Source of the DNA: Dicyema japonicum
Lineage: Eukaryota > Animalia > Dicyemida
Direction of reading: 5' to 3'
DNA length: 64,000 bases
NCBI GenBank assembly: GCA_011109175.1
Contig: RDEW01000034.1
Span: forward strand, 325,481 to 389,480
The translations under genes were made by a program, and so were the position numbers. A model generated the notes under the pieces. The model was given only the letters and a program-made list of their open reading frames with translations, was not told where the DNA came from and did no database searches. Each line of letters begins with the position of its first letter. The stretch's first letter is position 1. Shown here in pieces: positions 62,728 to 64,000 of the stretch.

Positions 62728-63200
62728 TTATTCGACATCGTCATCCTTGTCTTGTTTAGACCTGTCTCTTGAATTAATAAATTCTTCGATCATCTCATTG
62801 CTATCATTCACTAGGGAGTCTCCGGACTTCTCTGATCCTGTCTCTAGAACTGGTGAGATGCCACCAGCCATGTCGATAAATAGTTCAGAGTCTATACCAT
62901 AGTTTCCCACATCATTCCATTCCAGATCAAATCTCTACGATCGTATATATGAAAAATTTCCAAAATATCTATGGCAGACAGGAGGTCCTCATAGTCAGAA
63001 TCATCAATGCTTATAAAATCGTCTTGGTCAAGTATTAGATAATTTATGTTTAAATTTTGCTTATTCTTTGTTATCTCATCCTTCTCTCGACACATTTTGA
63101 TCAAAGTTGACAGGGTTTGCTTATATACTTGGGTTTGTTCTACGTAAATCAATATTAGCGGATAACTTGCTTTTTGGCTGAAGAACAATGTCCAATCGTA
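62728..63200 (-). repeat. Paralogous gene-like segment, copy 2
   Basis: LIYVEQTQVYKQTLSTLIKMCREKD...SNEMIEEFINSRDRSKQDKDDDVE-stop; homologous to 61855-62290. Confidence 0.6.
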
Positions 63201-63934
63201 TAATGTGACCAAAAATTGTCATCCTTGGGGATCTGCTATTGGTCTCTATGGTCCATAACTATACTTCTTTTACATAATGGTGACTCGAATTTATTCTACA
63301 AATTGACATTTTATCCATGACCTAATTTACATTGCCTCATTGATCACTTTCAATTAGCATGAACTCAGCAATATTGATTACATGAGTAATAGGGATATCA
63401 AATGAGATGACCAAAGTCTCGGTTGGGGATTTAACGAGATAAGAAGTAAGGATGCCAAATAAACATTGGCAAGATAGCATAAGCGGTATTGTGTCTTTGT
63501 TGAGGATACAAAAGGCCATGAGTAAAGACGTCCTAGAAATTTCCCTACGGGGATCAAACAAGATCATACAAACAAAAACTCAAATTGTTAAAAAACCAAA
63601 AAGTTAAAGTAAATTAAAATATTATTATTTAGAATTAGAATCAGAAACGGGTGAGAAAGTAATAAAGAGAGAATACAAGAGTAAATTTAAACACAAAACA
63701 TCTACGATCTCATTATTTGTAGCAGTTGTCTCAAACTCAAACTCAACTTTTTGTTCATATCCTGCGTCAGACAGTATGTTTGCCATTAATTGCATTCCCT
63801 CGTTTACATCAGCGAAACTTTCAACATAGATGATCTCAACCTCCTAAAGACATCAAAAATCACTCATCACTTGTATTTCATAAGAGACAACTCTAACAAG
63901 ATTCGTTCCTGACTTCAAAAGGGAAGATTGTCAT

Positions 63935-63985
63935 TCTATCTGGTCGTTTCCCGTCCCGCTTGCAAAGACCGACAGGTTTTCCTGA
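63935..63985 (-). mobile_element. CRE-like REL fragment
   Basis: VGLCKRDGKRPDR; DNA similar to 11540-11580. Confidence 0.6.
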
Positions 63986-64000
63986 CTTCAAAAGGATTCG

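Noticed and set aside
1-64000. CRISPR array, prokaryotic operons or defence systems
   Set aside because: No regularly spaced direct repeats or prokaryotic gene organisation; all recognisable genes and TEs are eukaryotic.

Overview
AT-rich eukaryotic nuclear DNA (no prokaryotic features, no CRISPR array) that is almost entirely a mosaic of decayed transposons and broken host genes. Animal-type RTCB and IFT dynein-2 (DYNC2H1) remnants and an orphan membrane-protein gene carry 21-29 nt GT-AG introns and use the standard code. This points to a ciliated metazoan with miniaturised introns, most plausibly a dicyemid mesozoan (inference). Mobile content: about 10 fragments (mostly 3' ends) of CRE-like REL retrotransposons; R4/Dong-like REL 3' ends; RTE and Ingi/I/Jockey-like APE LINE fragments, one with a 2A-like StopGo motif (DIEQNPGP) before the APE domain; probable Penelope-like pieces; two SINE families, each with one TSD-flanked copy; pogo/Tigger, Tc1/IS630 (DD34E), several hAT elements (one Buster element with both TIRs and an 8-bp TSD nested in another hAT); and an rve integrase remnant. 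There is also a 1.4-kb 28S rDNA pseudogene fragment. Most notable: DNA-transposase genes from different families carry host-type ultrashort introns, and removing them restores the reading frame and canonical motifs (25 nt in the Tigger HTH, 28 nt inside the Tc1 DD34E interval). All family assignments come from manual translation and remembered motifs, not database searches, and boundaries of decayed elements are approximate.
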